A stretch of DNA of 64,000 nucleotides from contig CAYZJP010000003.1 of assembly GCA_964478755.1 (NCBI GenBank), forward strand, positions 7,477 through 71,476, given 5' to 3'. Positions 27,833 through 37,105 of this stretch are shown here, one piece after another. The stretch is from an uncultured Klebsiella sp. Its GTDB lineage: Bacteria > Verrucomicrobiota > Verrucomicrobiia > Limisphaerales > SXTU01. Position numbers and translations under genes: made by a program. Under the pieces are notes generated by a model. The model saw nothing but the letters and a program-made list of their open reading frames with translations, did not search any database and was not told the origin of the DNA. The first letter of the stretch is position 1, and every line of letters starts with the position of its first letter.

Positions 27833-29311
27833 TTATCTTCCCCCGTGTCGCAGCAGCTCCCTCATCTGGGCGACCACCTCGGCCCGCTTCGGATCGTCGG
27901 CGAGATTCTTCATTTCCTTCGGATCGTTGTCGTGATCGTAAAGTTCAGCACCCTGACGGCCTTCGTCCCACTCGGTGTAGCGCCACCGTTCCGTGCGAAC
28001 ACTGCGGCCCATGAAGCCGCGTTTGCCCTTGTTCTGCGGTGCGTCAAAAGTCCCGACTGCGAGTCCGCGTGTGACTTGTGAATAGGCGGGCAAGTCCCAT
28101 TTCGCGTTCGGATTTTCCAGCAGCGGACGCAAACTCGTGCCTTGCGTCTTTGCATCCGGCGGCACGCCGCAAAGGTCCGCGAGCGTCCGGTGCAAATCCA
28201 CGAGTTCGACCGTGCGCGGGCACACCTTGCCGTTGGACTTGCTGCCGGGCACCGAAATGATGAGCGGCACGCGGGCGGATTCCTCGAAAATGCTCATCTT
28301 TTGCCAAAGCCCCTTCTCACCGAGATGGTAGCCGTGGTCGCTGTGGAAAAGGATGATCGTGTTGTCCGCGAGTTTGAGCCGCTCGATGGCGTCGAGCAGC
28401 ACACCGACCTGCGCGTCCATAAACGTCGTGGCCGCGTGATACGCTGAGATCGCCTTGCGGCGCAAATCGTCGCTCATCAGCGTCTCTTCCTTGCGTGTGA
28501 TCATGAGTGGCGCGGCGGGAAAAAGCTCCGCGAGATTGGCCGGCACCACGGGCAGCCTGATCTGCTCCGGCGGATAAATCGCGAAGTATTTCTTCGGCGA
28601 AACGTAAGGCGTGTGCGGACGGAAGAATCCGACGGCGAGGTAGAATGGCTTCCCGTTGCGGGAGCTTTCCTCGAGCAGCTTCACGGCTTCGGCCGCGATC
28701 TTGCCGTCGGTCTGATCGGCGTCCGCGCCCTCGGCGGCGAGCCAGCTCAAGGTCGCGCCGAGTTGTTTCAACTCCGTGGCCTTCGCAGTGACAGTGTGCG
28801 TCTTGTCCTCGGCGAGCTGGACGCGTTCGATCATCGTGAAGTCGTCCATGTCACGGCCCTTGGGATTCACCACGCGCTGCCACGAATTCTTGTCGTCAAA
28901 CCCGTCCGTGCCGATCTGCGCGGGCACGGCGTAATGGTAAATCTTCCCGACGCGGGTCACGGAGTAGCCGGCCTTTTGAAACGTCTGCGGCATCGAAACC
29001 GCGTCCGGCATGGCCGTGCGGAAATGCGTTTGATTTTCGTAGGCTTTGGTTGTGTCGGGCCGCAGCCCGGTCATGAACGAGCAGCGCGACGGATTGCAGA
29101 GCGGGAACTGGCAGTAGGCGCGTTCGAACGTCACGCCGCGCGCGGCGAGCCGGTCAATGTTGGGGGACTTCACGACCGGATCGCCGTAGCAGCCGAGCCG
29201 CGCGCAGAGATCGTCGGAGATGATGTGGAGGACGTTGAGGCGTTCGGCGGACGAGGCTCTCGTCGTGATGGCGAACAGGACGCACACGACCACGATTGGC
29301 AAATGCTTCAT
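27833..29311 (-). CDS. formylglycine-dependent sulfatase (iduronate-2-sulfatase-like)
   Basis: Signal peptide. SDDLCARLGCYG. Sulfatase signature CNPSRCSFMTG. FHSDHGYHLGE. Confidence 0.88.
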   Translation of the reverse strand: MKHLPIVVVCVLFAITTRASSAERLNVLHIISDDLCARLGCYGDPVVKSPNIDRLAARGVTFERAYCQFPLCNPSRCSFMTGLRPDTTKAYENQTHFRTAMPDAVSMPQTFQKAGYSVTRVGKIYHYAVPAQIGTDGFDDKNSWQRVVNPKGRDMDDFTMIERVQLAEDKTHTVTAKATELKQLGATLSWLAAEGADADQTDGKIAAEAVKLLEESSRNGKPFYLAVGFFRPHTPYVSPKKYFAIYPPEQIRLPVVPANLAELFPAAPLMITRKEETLMSDDLRRKAISAYHAATTFMDAQVGVLLDAIERLKLADNTIILFHSDHGYHLGEKGLWQKMSIFEESARVPLIISVPGSKSNGKVCPRTVELVDLHRTLADLCGVPPDAKTQGTSLRPLLENPNAKWDLPAYSQVTRGLAVGTFDAPQNKGKRGFMGRSVRTERWRYTEWDEGRQGAELYDHDNDPKEMKNLADDPKRAEVVAQMRELLRHGGR

Positions 29312-29431
29312 GCGTGAGTTCTAGGGCGTATGTCCGCCCGATGCAATTGGAACGCGTGGCCCGGCGTGGATAATTCCCCGTGAATATGCGGGCATCACTT
29401 GACAGTCACGCTTCGTAACCATTCACCAATC

Positions 29432-29737
29432 ATGGACCAGAAACTCGAAGGCACTCCGAAGGCGTCCTTGCGGCTCGAAGGCCGCAAAGTGACGCGCAGC
29501 GATGTCGCGAACAACTGGGGCACGCGCCTCCAGTGGAAGGTCAGCCGCGACGGCAAGGAAATCGCCACAGCGTTCGCCGGACCTGATCTTGCCTTCGAGC
29601 ACGCGGACAAGACGCCCGGAAAATATGAGATCGTGCTCCAGCAGTTCCAGTATGTGAGCTATGCGAAGGACAAGGACGGCAAGTTCACCGCCAGCAAATA
29701 CGTGGACATCTCCGAGCCGGTTTCCTACACGATTTGA
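29432..29737 (+). CDS. small hypothetical protein (101 aa)
   Basis: Protein-like composition. It ends 17 nt before the DUF1501 gene. No recognisable motif. Confidence 0.45.
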   Translation: MDQKLEGTPKASLRLEGRKVTRSDVANNWGTRLQWKVSRDGKEIATAFAGPDLAFEHADKTPGKYEIVLQQFQYVSYAKDKDGKFTASKYVDISEPVSYTI

Positions 29738-29754
29738 CCTGAAAGGATTTCACC

Positions 29755-31134
29755 ATGCTCCACATCGGTAACGAATACATCCCGCTCTGCTCCGGCACGA
29801 GCCGCCGCAGCTTCCTCCAAGTTGGCGCAGCAGCGATGGCCGGCATATCGCTGGCGAATCTCTACAAGCTCCAGGCCGCCGGCGCGGTGGACGAGAAGAA
29901 AGCCAAGATTCGTAACTGCATCACGCTTTTCCTCGTCGGCTCGCCCGGCCAGCTCGACACGTGGGACATGAAGCCCGACGCGCCCGAGGATGTGCGCGGC
30001 AAGTTCAAGCCCATCTCCACCAGCGTGCCCGGCGTGCAGATTTGCGAGCACTTCCCGCGCATGGCGAAGGTCATGGACAAGGTCGCGCTCATCCGCAGCC
30101 TGCACTACAACACCGGCGCGTCGCACGAGAACGGCCAGCGCTGGATGATGACCGGCCACGATTTCAACGAGGCGAACAAGCAGCCTTACATGGGTTCCGT
30201 GATCTCGCGCGTTTACGGGCCGAAGGGCGATCTGCCCGCGTCCATCGTGTTGCCCGTGCCCATCGGCAACACCGGCACGTCCACGCCGCACGGGCAGGAG
30301 AGCGCCTTCCTCGGCAGCGCCCACGCGCCATTTTTCCTGGGCAACGACCCGGCGCGCGCGGACTTCAAGGTCGCCGACCTCGAACCGCCCAAGGGCCAGA
30401 CGGAGTTCCGCGTCGAGGCGCGGCGCAAGTTGCTCAAGGAAGTGGACGAGTTGCAGCGGCAGGTTGAGACGAGCAGCACACTGGAGCGCGACACGGCTTA
30501 CGCACGCGCCTTCAACATGCTGACGAATCCGGAGACGAAGAAAGCCTTCGACCTGAATGAAGAACCCGCGAAGCTTCGCGACCGTTACGGACGAAACACC
30601 TTCGGGCAAAGCTGCCTCATGGCGCGCCGGCTCATCGAACGCGGCTCGCGCTTTGTCACGGTGAACCAGTTCGACACCGTGTTCGGCATCTCGTGCTGGG
30701 ATATGCACGCCGACGGCGGCAGCCTGAACAACACCTACGCCGACTACGAACACGTGCTCTGTCCGCAGTTCGACCTCGCATTCACCGCGCTGCTCGAAGA
30801 CCTCCAGTCGCGTGGCCTGCTTGAAGAAACCGTCATCGCCGTCATCAGCGAGTTCGGCCGCACGCCCAAACTCAACCCGCGCGGCGGGCGCGATCACTAT
30901 CCCTCCGCGTGGACGAACTTTCTCGCCGGCGGTCCCATCCGCGGCGGACGCGTCATCGGCTCCACCGACAAAATTGGTGCCGCGCCACACGACCGTCCAG
31001 TGGAGCCGCCGCAAGTCGTCGCGTCCATCTATCAGGCGATGGGCATTGATTTGGAAACCACGATGCTCCCCGGCCCCGGCGGAAGACCCATCCGCTTCAT
31101 CGAGGCCGAGCCAATTCGGGAACTGTTCGCGTGA
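29755..31134 (+). CDS. DUF1501 domain protein (sulfatase-fold, Tat signal)
   Basis: Twin-arginine region TSRRSFLQVGAAAMAG. DTWDMKPDAP, GQRWMMTGH, CWDMHADGG, SEFGRTPKLN, GRDHYP. Confidence 0.88.
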   Translation: MLHIGNEYIPLCSGTSRRSFLQVGAAAMAGISLANLYKLQAAGAVDEKKAKIRNCITLFLVGSPGQLDTWDMKPDAPEDVRGKFKPISTSVPGVQICEHFPRMAKVMDKVALIRSLHYNTGASHENGQRWMMTGHDFNEANKQPYMGSVISRVYGPKGDLPASIVLPVPIGNTGTSTPHGQESAFLGSAHAPFFLGNDPARADFKVADLEPPKGQTEFRVEARRKLLKEVDELQRQVETSSTLERDTAYARAFNMLTNPETKKAFDLNEEPAKLRDRYGRNTFGQSCLMARRLIERGSRFVTVNQFDTVFGISCWDMHADGGSLNNTYADYEHVLCPQFDLAFTALLEDLQSRGLLEETVIAVISEFGRTPKLNPRGGRDHYPSAWTNFLAGGPIRGGRVIGSTDKIGAAPHDRPVEPPQVVASIYQAMGIDLETTMLPGPGGRPIRFIEAEPIRELFA

Positions 31135-31153
31135 TTCTGAGCAAGAAAGCCTT

Positions 31154-31915
31154 GTGAAAACTCCATTCAAAATCGAGCGTGTTTTCAACACTACAGATGC
31201 AATTGGAATGCTACTCAACTTGAGAGCAGACGGCTATTGGTCTTTTCGGGGGCATAGGAATCACCGGTGGGGAGTCGGACCTCATCATATGCCGAAGTTG
31301 AAGGACGAGACCGAAAAAGAACTACACATCATCTTAGAGACGCTACGCCTGCAGTTTGTTAAACGCTGTAAGGAATTCAACGAATTCGAGTTGGATGAAC
31401 ACGACTACTGGCAGACTGTGTTCTACGCTCAACACTACGGTTTAAAGACTAGGTTGCTTGATTGGACAAGTAATCCGCTTGTCGCCCTCTACTTCGCAGT
31501 TGAAAATGTGTTGAACACAGAGAACGACGAAAACACTTGTGGATGCGTCTGGGCAATCAAAGTCCCAGAGTCCAAATGGTTCAATTTCTCCTCACTACCA
31601 GGCTATGGAGGAAGAGACGAGGAGAAGTGGCGGCTTGCTAGTTGGATAATGATTAACCCTCCACTAATTACAGATAGGCTGATAAGGCAGAGTGGCAAGT
31701 TTTCATACCATCCATCACGAGATGACAATGACATTTCAGTTCTGCCACGGGCCTGCGGTGAACAAATGATTAAAGTCATTATTGGTGACGAGTCGAACAA
31801 TCCGGCGGCAAGAATACGACAGGAATTGGGCATTATGAACGTCCATCACGCCTCACTCTTTCCTGACCCGGGCGGAGTGGCGCAGTTCATGAACAAACAA
31901 TGGCCTCAGTTATGA
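31154..31915 (+). CDS. FRG-domain protein, on a low-GC single-gene island
   Basis: YWSFRGH, FYAQHYGLKTRLLDWTSNPLVALYFAV and RLIRQSGKFSY match the FRG domain pattern as I remember it. AT-rich codon usage (AAA, GAA, TTA, AGA) unlike the flanks. The start is GTG at 31154 or ATG at 31208. The upstream part of the track ORF (30812-31134) is an out-of-frame overlap with the DUF1501 gene. Confidence 0.75.
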   Translation: MKTPFKIERVFNTTDAIGMLLNLRADGYWSFRGHRNHRWGVGPHHMPKLKDETEKELHIILETLRLQFVKRCKEFNEFELDEHDYWQTVFYAQHYGLKTRLLDWTSNPLVALYFAVENVLNTENDENTCGCVWAIKVPESKWFNFSSLPGYGGRDEEKWRLASWIMINPPLITDRLIRQSGKFSYHPSRDDNDISVLPRACGEQMIKVIIGDESNNPAARIRQELGIMNVHHASLFPDPGGVAQFMNKQWPQL

Positions 31916-31991
31916 GGGGCAAGCACTCACTACAGCAACTGCAATTACGTTCAAGTTACAGCCGTAGTGTTTTCCTACAGGTGCGCTGAAT

Positions 31992-34490
31992 ATGTTCAGT
32001 TCAGCTACAGTCTTCGTCCTGCTAGTCCTGTTCGGTTCTCTGTCCGCCGCCCCGCCGACCGTCACCACGCTCGACGTGCGCGGCCTGCAAATCGGCCAGT
32101 CCACCAGCATCACGCTCACCGGCACCGACCTCCTGCCCAATCCGCGCCTGCTCACCACCGCGCGCATCGCGAGGCAAACCCTCAAGGACGGCGCGAAGCC
32201 CGACCGCATCACGCTCGATGTGGAGCTCGACAAGAGCGCGTCGCCCGGCCTGCACAATTGGTGGCTCGTCACGGACCACGGCGTATCCGCCAAGGGCCTG
32301 CTCGCCGCCGACCATTTGCCGCAGCGTCCCATCAGCGACAAGCCCGAGTCCGTGCCCGCCGCGTTGCACGGCACGATTTCCGGCAGCCAGGTTCGCGAGG
32401 TGATTTTCACCGGCAAGGCAGGACAGGAAATAATTTGCGAAGTGGAAGCGCAGCGGCTTGAAAGCAAACTGCGTCCCGTGCTGAAACTTTTCGGCCCCGG
32501 CAACGCGCTCTTGAAATGGAGCCTGCCGCTCACCGCGCTGCGCGGTGACACGCGCATCGAGACCAAGCTCCCCGCTGATGGCGAGTATCGTTTGCAATTG
32601 CACGACCTCCAGTTCGCCGCCACCGCGCCGGGTCATTTCCGCCTCAAGATTGGCCAGTGGTCCTACGCCGACCTCGCATTTCCCTCGACCGTGCAACGTG
32701 GCACGTCTGCGGAGTTGCAGCTCGTCGGCCACGCAGGCGAGTCACGCGTGAGCCTGCCCGCCACGGCGAACGCGCAGGTTATGCCCGCACCGTGGGCTGA
32801 TGCCGCGAACGCCAGCGGGCCGCAACCGCCGGTGTGGTTCAGCGATTTGCCGGAACTCGTCGAGGCCCGCAACGGCTCCGCGCCGCAGGCCTTGCCCGCG
32901 CTGCCCGTCGCCGTGAACGGTCGCATCAGTAAGCCCGGTGAGGAGGACGCCTACACGTTGACCGTGCAGCCGGAAACGGAGGTGGACATCGAAGTCTTCG
33001 CCGACTCGCTCGGCTCGCCGATTGACGCCGAACTGGAACTGCGTGACGTGAAAGGCGCGCGCCTCGCCATCAACGATGACTTCAACGGCAAGCCTGACCC
33101 GCGCCTGATTTACAAGGTGCCAAAAGGCATCACGAACCTCGTCGCCGTCGTGCGCGACGTGAACGGCAACGGCGGCCCGCGCTGCATCTATCGCATGCAA
33201 GCGACCGTGAAGGCGACGAACGCGCCTGCTGGATTTTCACTCGTGATGATGGAAGACAGCCACACGTTGCAGTCTGGCCGCGCAAGCGTTTTCAAAGTGG
33301 AGGCGAAGCGCGACGGCTACGACGGGCCGATTGAACTGGCATTCGATAACTTGCCCACTGGCGTGAAGATAACTGGGCAAACAATTCCCGCGAAAGCCAC
33401 GGCGACGTTGCTCACGTTCTTGAGCGAGCAGCCTTTGCCCGCGCTCATCACAGCGCTGCACGCGAAAACGAAAGACCGCGATGTGCCCGCGCGCTTCGAG
33501 AGCGCGGCGCTCGGCAAGTTTCAGCCGTGGCTGGAAAACGACCTTGCGCTCGCCGGCGCGCCGAAGCCATCAGTCGAGTTCATCGCCGGCTGGGGCAAGG
33601 AAGTTGAAACAAAAAAAATCGCACTCGGCGGCAAGCTCACCGTGCCCGTGAACTGCGCGCGTCCGTTTGGCCACGACGGTCCGGTGCGCCTTACATTGCT
33701 CACGAGCCAGGCGCGGTTGTTCTTGAACAACGCCATTGATCCCGCCCGCGTGCTGCGCGAGGAAAAGGCGGTGCTCATCGAGGACGACAAGAAAGCGCAG
33801 CAAGCCTTCGACGCCATCGCCGCCGCCGAGACCGCGCTCAACGCCGCACAAAAGGAGGCTGCCGCCGCCAAAGAGGACAAGGCGAAGGAAGCCGCCGCGA
33901 AGAAAATACAGGCCGCACAAACCGCCTTCGACACTGCAAAGAAAGCCGCCGCCGTGGCGGCGCAGAAGGCGAAGAACGACGTAGAGTTCGCGCTCGTCGT
34001 GCCTGCGGAGTTGCCGGACGTGCCGCATCAAATCGCGTTCAAGGCCGAACTGCTCAAGCGCGACCGCCGCACCGTCGAGGCCGTCGCCTACACGCCCGTG
34101 CGCGAGTTCGCCGTGCTCAATCCGATCGCGTTAAAACTCACCACGCCCGCGCCGGTGAAACTCGACACGAAGACTGGCGCGACGCTGGAGTTGATTGGCA
34201 AAGTCGAGCGCCTCGAAGGCGCGAAGGGCGACGTGACCGTGACGCTCACGGGCCTGCCCGCCGGCGTGACCGCGCCCACGACGGTGACGGTCAAAGCCGC
34301 GGAGACAGAGTTCAAATTCGCGCTGAAGTTCCCTGCGGGCTTCAAGGCAGGAGACTTTGCGGGCCTGAAGTTTTCCGCCAGCGGCAAGCCATTTGACACC
34401 GTCCAAGTGAAGAGCCGCGATGTGGAAGTGACCGTCAAAGTGTTGCCGTCCGATCCGCAGCCTGCGGCCAAACCTCCTGCGAAAACGTGA
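31992..34490 (+). CDS. large secreted protein with PPC-like (pre-peptidase C-terminal type) domain and Ala/Lys-rich coiled coil
   Basis: Signal peptide VFVLLVLFGSLSA. GEEDAYTLTVQPETEVDIEVFADSLGSPIDAELELRD is PPC-like. The coiled segment is AAETALNAAQKEAAAAKEDKAKEAAAKK. Confidence 0.65.
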   Translation: MFSSATVFVLLVLFGSLSAAPPTVTTLDVRGLQIGQSTSITLTGTDLLPNPRLLTTARIARQTLKDGAKPDRITLDVELDKSASPGLHNWWLVTDHGVSAKGLLAADHLPQRPISDKPESVPAALHGTISGSQVREVIFTGKAGQEIICEVEAQRLESKLRPVLKLFGPGNALLKWSLPLTALRGDTRIETKLPADGEYRLQLHDLQFAATAPGHFRLKIGQWSYADLAFPSTVQRGTSAELQLVGHAGESRVSLPATANAQVMPAPWADAANASGPQPPVWFSDLPELVEARNGSAPQALPALPVAVNGRISKPGEEDAYTLTVQPETEVDIEVFADSLGSPIDAELELRDVKGARLAINDDFNGKPDPRLIYKVPKGITNLVAVVRDVNGNGGPRCIYRMQATVKATNAPAGFSLVMMEDSHTLQSGRASVFKVEAKRDGYDGPIELAFDNLPTGVKITGQTIPAKATATLLTFLSEQPLPALITALHAKTKDRDVPARFESAALGKFQPWLENDLALAGAPKPSVEFIAGWGKEVETKKIALGGKLTVPVNCARPFGHDGPVRLTLLTSQARLFLNNAIDPARVLREEKAVLIEDDKKAQQAFDAIAAAETALNAAQKEAAAAKEDKAKEAAAKKIQAAQTAFDTAKKAAAVAAQKAKNDVEFALVVPAELPDVPHQIAFKAELLKRDRRTVEAVAYTPVREFAVLNPIALKLTTPAPVKLDTKTGATLELIGKVERLEGAKGDVTVTLTGLPAGVTAPTTVTVKAAETEFKFALKFPAGFKAGDFAGLKFSASGKPFDTVQVKSRDVEVTVKVLPSDPQPAAKPPAKT

Positions 34491-34500
34491 GACTCCGAAA

Positions 34501-36948
34501 ATGAAACGCTTTCTGATCTTTGCGTGTGCCTTTTCTGCCTCGTTCAGCCTCTTGGCCGCGCCGGCAGCGGACCCGGTCACGGAGGTGCGCGTCACGCCAT
34601 CGTCGCTGACGCTCGTCAACGCACAGCGACCGCACTCGCTCGTCGTAATGGCGCGCACGAAGGGCGGCTACGACGTGGACCTCACCGGCAAGGCGACCTT
34701 CCGCAGCAGCAGTGAGAAAGTGGCGCGCGTTGATTCGGCCGGTTGGGTGCGGCCAATCGCGAACGGCAGCACAACCATCACCGTGAGCGCCGGCGGGCGC
34801 ACGGTAAAGGTGAGCGTGACCGTGCAATTGCCCGCCGAGCCGGTGGCGATGAGTTTCCGGCAGGACGTGATGCCGGTGTTGTCCAAAGGCGGTTGCAACG
34901 CGGGCGCGTGCCACGGCTATTCGCTCGGAAAAAACGGCTTCAAGCTGACGTTGCGCGGCGCGGACGCGGAGAAGGATTATCCAGCGCTGACGGATGAGTT
35001 CATGGAGCGCCGCATCAACCGTCACAATCCCGCCGCGAGCCTGCTGCTGCTCAAGGCGACCGGCGACCTGCCGCACGAGGGCGGCGTGCGTTTCGACCGC
35101 GGCAGCCTGATGGATGAAACACTGCGCCGCTGGATCACCGAAGGCGCAAAGGACGATGCGCCATCGCTGCCGACGCTGGTGTCGGTCACGATTTATCCAG
35201 AGAAGGTCGTCGCGCTGCCGCGCGCTCGGCAGCAGTTCCAGCTTGTCGCAAAATACAGCGACGGCTCCACGCGCGACGTGTCCCGCACCGGCATCTTCAA
35301 CGTGAACACCGAGCGCGTCGCGAAGGTGGATGACGTTGGTTTAGTGACAGCAACCGATCTCGGCGAGACGGCGATTGTTGCGCGCTACGAAGGAATTTTC
35401 GCCGTGGCAAATTTCATCGTGCTGCCACCGAGCAAGAGTTTTCAGCCGACACCCGTGCCGGAAGACAACTTGGTTGACCGGAATGTCATTTCCAAGTTGA
35501 ACGACCTTCGCATCAAACCCTCCGAGCTGGCCGACGACAAGCGCTTCCTCCGCCGCGTGTCCGTGGACCTCATCGGTGTGCAGCCCAAGCCGGAGGAAGT
35601 GCTCGCGTTCGTCGCCGACACGAGCGCGGACAAGCGCGAAAAGGTGGTGGATGCGTTGATGAAGCGAGCCGAGTTTGTGGACTGGTGGTCATTGAAGTGG
35701 GGCGACCTGTTGCAGAACTCCCGCAACACGATGAGTGACCCGGCGGTGTATGCGTTCCGCGAATGGATTCGCGCGGCCATTGCGCGCAACCTGCCGCTGG
35801 ACCAGTTTGCCCGCGAGATTCTCACGGCGCGCGGCAGTTTTGTGGACAATCCCGCCGCCGGCTACTTCGCCGTCAGCAAGGACACCGACGACACAATGCA
35901 GCGCGCGACGCAGGTCTTCGCCGGCGTGCGGATGCTTTGCGCGCGGTGTCATCCGCACCCGTTCGAGCACTGGACGCAGGCTGACTACTACGGCGTCCAC
36001 AGCTTCTTCAATCAAGTGACGACGAAGGCCGATCCGCGCCAGACCGGTGTGCAGAATGCGAAGACGATTTTGGTGAACTTTTCCGCCGGCAACTCGACCA
36101 ATCCCCGCACCGGCAAGCCGCAGCCTCCGCGTTATCTCGGCGGTGGCGAACCGAAGCTGGATACGGGCATTGACCGCCGCGCCGATTACGCGCAATGGCT
36201 GACTTCGCCGGAAAACCCGCACTTCGTGCGCAGCCTCGCCAATCGCATCTGGAGCTACTTCTTCCATCGCGGCATCATTGACCCCGTGGACGACTTGCGT
36301 TCGACCAGCCCGCCCATCAACCCGGCGCTGCTCGACGCGCTGACGAAGGATTTCGTGGAGCACCAGTTCGACATGCGCCATCTCATGCGCGTCATCGTCA
36401 CATCGCGCACGTATCAGCGCAGCTCGACGCCGAACGAAACCAACGGCCACGACGACGCGAACTTCTCGCACGCCATCCCGCGCCGCCTGCCGGCCGAGGC
36501 GATGCTCGACTCACTCGTGCAGGCGACCGGCGTGAAGGAAAACTTCGGCGGTGCTCCGGCGGGCTTCAGCGCCGCGCAACTGCCGGACGGAAATGTGCAG
36601 AGCGATTTCCTGAAACTCTTCGGCAAGCCCTCGCGCATGGAGGCGTGCGAGTGCGAGCGCGACCTCGGCGCGAACATGCTGCAGGCACTGCACTTCATCA
36701 ACGGCAAGTCCATCCTCGACCGCGTCACAAGCGGCAGCGGGCGCCCCGCGCTGCTGCTCGCGCAGAAGCCTGGCGATGACAGGCTCATCGAGCAGCTTTA
36801 CCTCTGGTCGCTCGCGCGCAAGCCGACCTCTGCCGAGATCGCGCTGGCAAAGAAGTTCATCGCCTCTTACGCAGACAAGCGCGCCGAGGCCGCGCAGGAT
36901 TTTATGTGGAGCCTGCTCAACAGCCGCGATTTCACGATGCTCCACTGA
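34501..36948 (+). CDS. Big_2 + DUF1549 (PSCyt2) + DUF1553 (PSD1) protein
   Basis: FRQDVMPVLSKGGCNAGACHG, CARCHPHPFEHWTQADYY, LRRVSVDLIGVQP, and a C-terminal MLQALHFINGKS / WSLLNSRDF. Confidence 0.88.
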   Translation: MKRFLIFACAFSASFSLLAAPAADPVTEVRVTPSSLTLVNAQRPHSLVVMARTKGGYDVDLTGKATFRSSSEKVARVDSAGWVRPIANGSTTITVSAGGRTVKVSVTVQLPAEPVAMSFRQDVMPVLSKGGCNAGACHGYSLGKNGFKLTLRGADAEKDYPALTDEFMERRINRHNPAASLLLLKATGDLPHEGGVRFDRGSLMDETLRRWITEGAKDDAPSLPTLVSVTIYPEKVVALPRARQQFQLVAKYSDGSTRDVSRTGIFNVNTERVAKVDDVGLVTATDLGETAIVARYEGIFAVANFIVLPPSKSFQPTPVPEDNLVDRNVISKLNDLRIKPSELADDKRFLRRVSVDLIGVQPKPEEVLAFVADTSADKREKVVDALMKRAEFVDWWSLKWGDLLQNSRNTMSDPAVYAFREWIRAAIARNLPLDQFAREILTARGSFVDNPAAGYFAVSKDTDDTMQRATQVFAGVRMLCARCHPHPFEHWTQADYYGVHSFFNQVTTKADPRQTGVQNAKTILVNFSAGNSTNPRTGKPQPPRYLGGGEPKLDTGIDRRADYAQWLTSPENPHFVRSLANRIWSYFFHRGIIDPVDDLRSTSPPINPALLDALTKDFVEHQFDMRHLMRVIVTSRTYQRSSTPNETNGHDDANFSHAIPRRLPAEAMLDSLVQATGVKENFGGAPAGFSAAQLPDGNVQSDFLKLFGKPSRMEACECERDLGANMLQALHFINGKSILDRVTSGSGRPALLLAQKPGDDRLIEQLYLWSLARKPTSAEIALAKKFIASYADKRAEAAQDFMWSLLNSRDFTMLH

Positions 36949-36957
36949 GCGCGCAGA

Positions 36958-37105
36958 TTTTAGCCACGGATGAAACACGGATTAAACACGGAGAGAATAC
37001 AAGCTAAACGCGGAGATGCGTTCAGTCATGCTCGCATTCGATTCTCCGGCGTGCCGACCTCACCTTTCATCCGTGTTTCGTCAGTGTTTCATCCGTGGCT
37101 AAAAA
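36958..37105. repeat. family B inverted-repeat element filling the intergenic gap
   Basis: tagccacggatgaaacacggattaaacacgg - about 80 nt - ccgtgtttcgtcagtgtttcatccgtggctaaaaatc. The arms are reverse complements. Confidence 0.85.

Noticed and set aside
29725-31218. 497-aa minus ORF.
   Set aside because: Antisense to the DUF1501 gene, which has a Tat signal and conserved motifs. It is a shadow frame.
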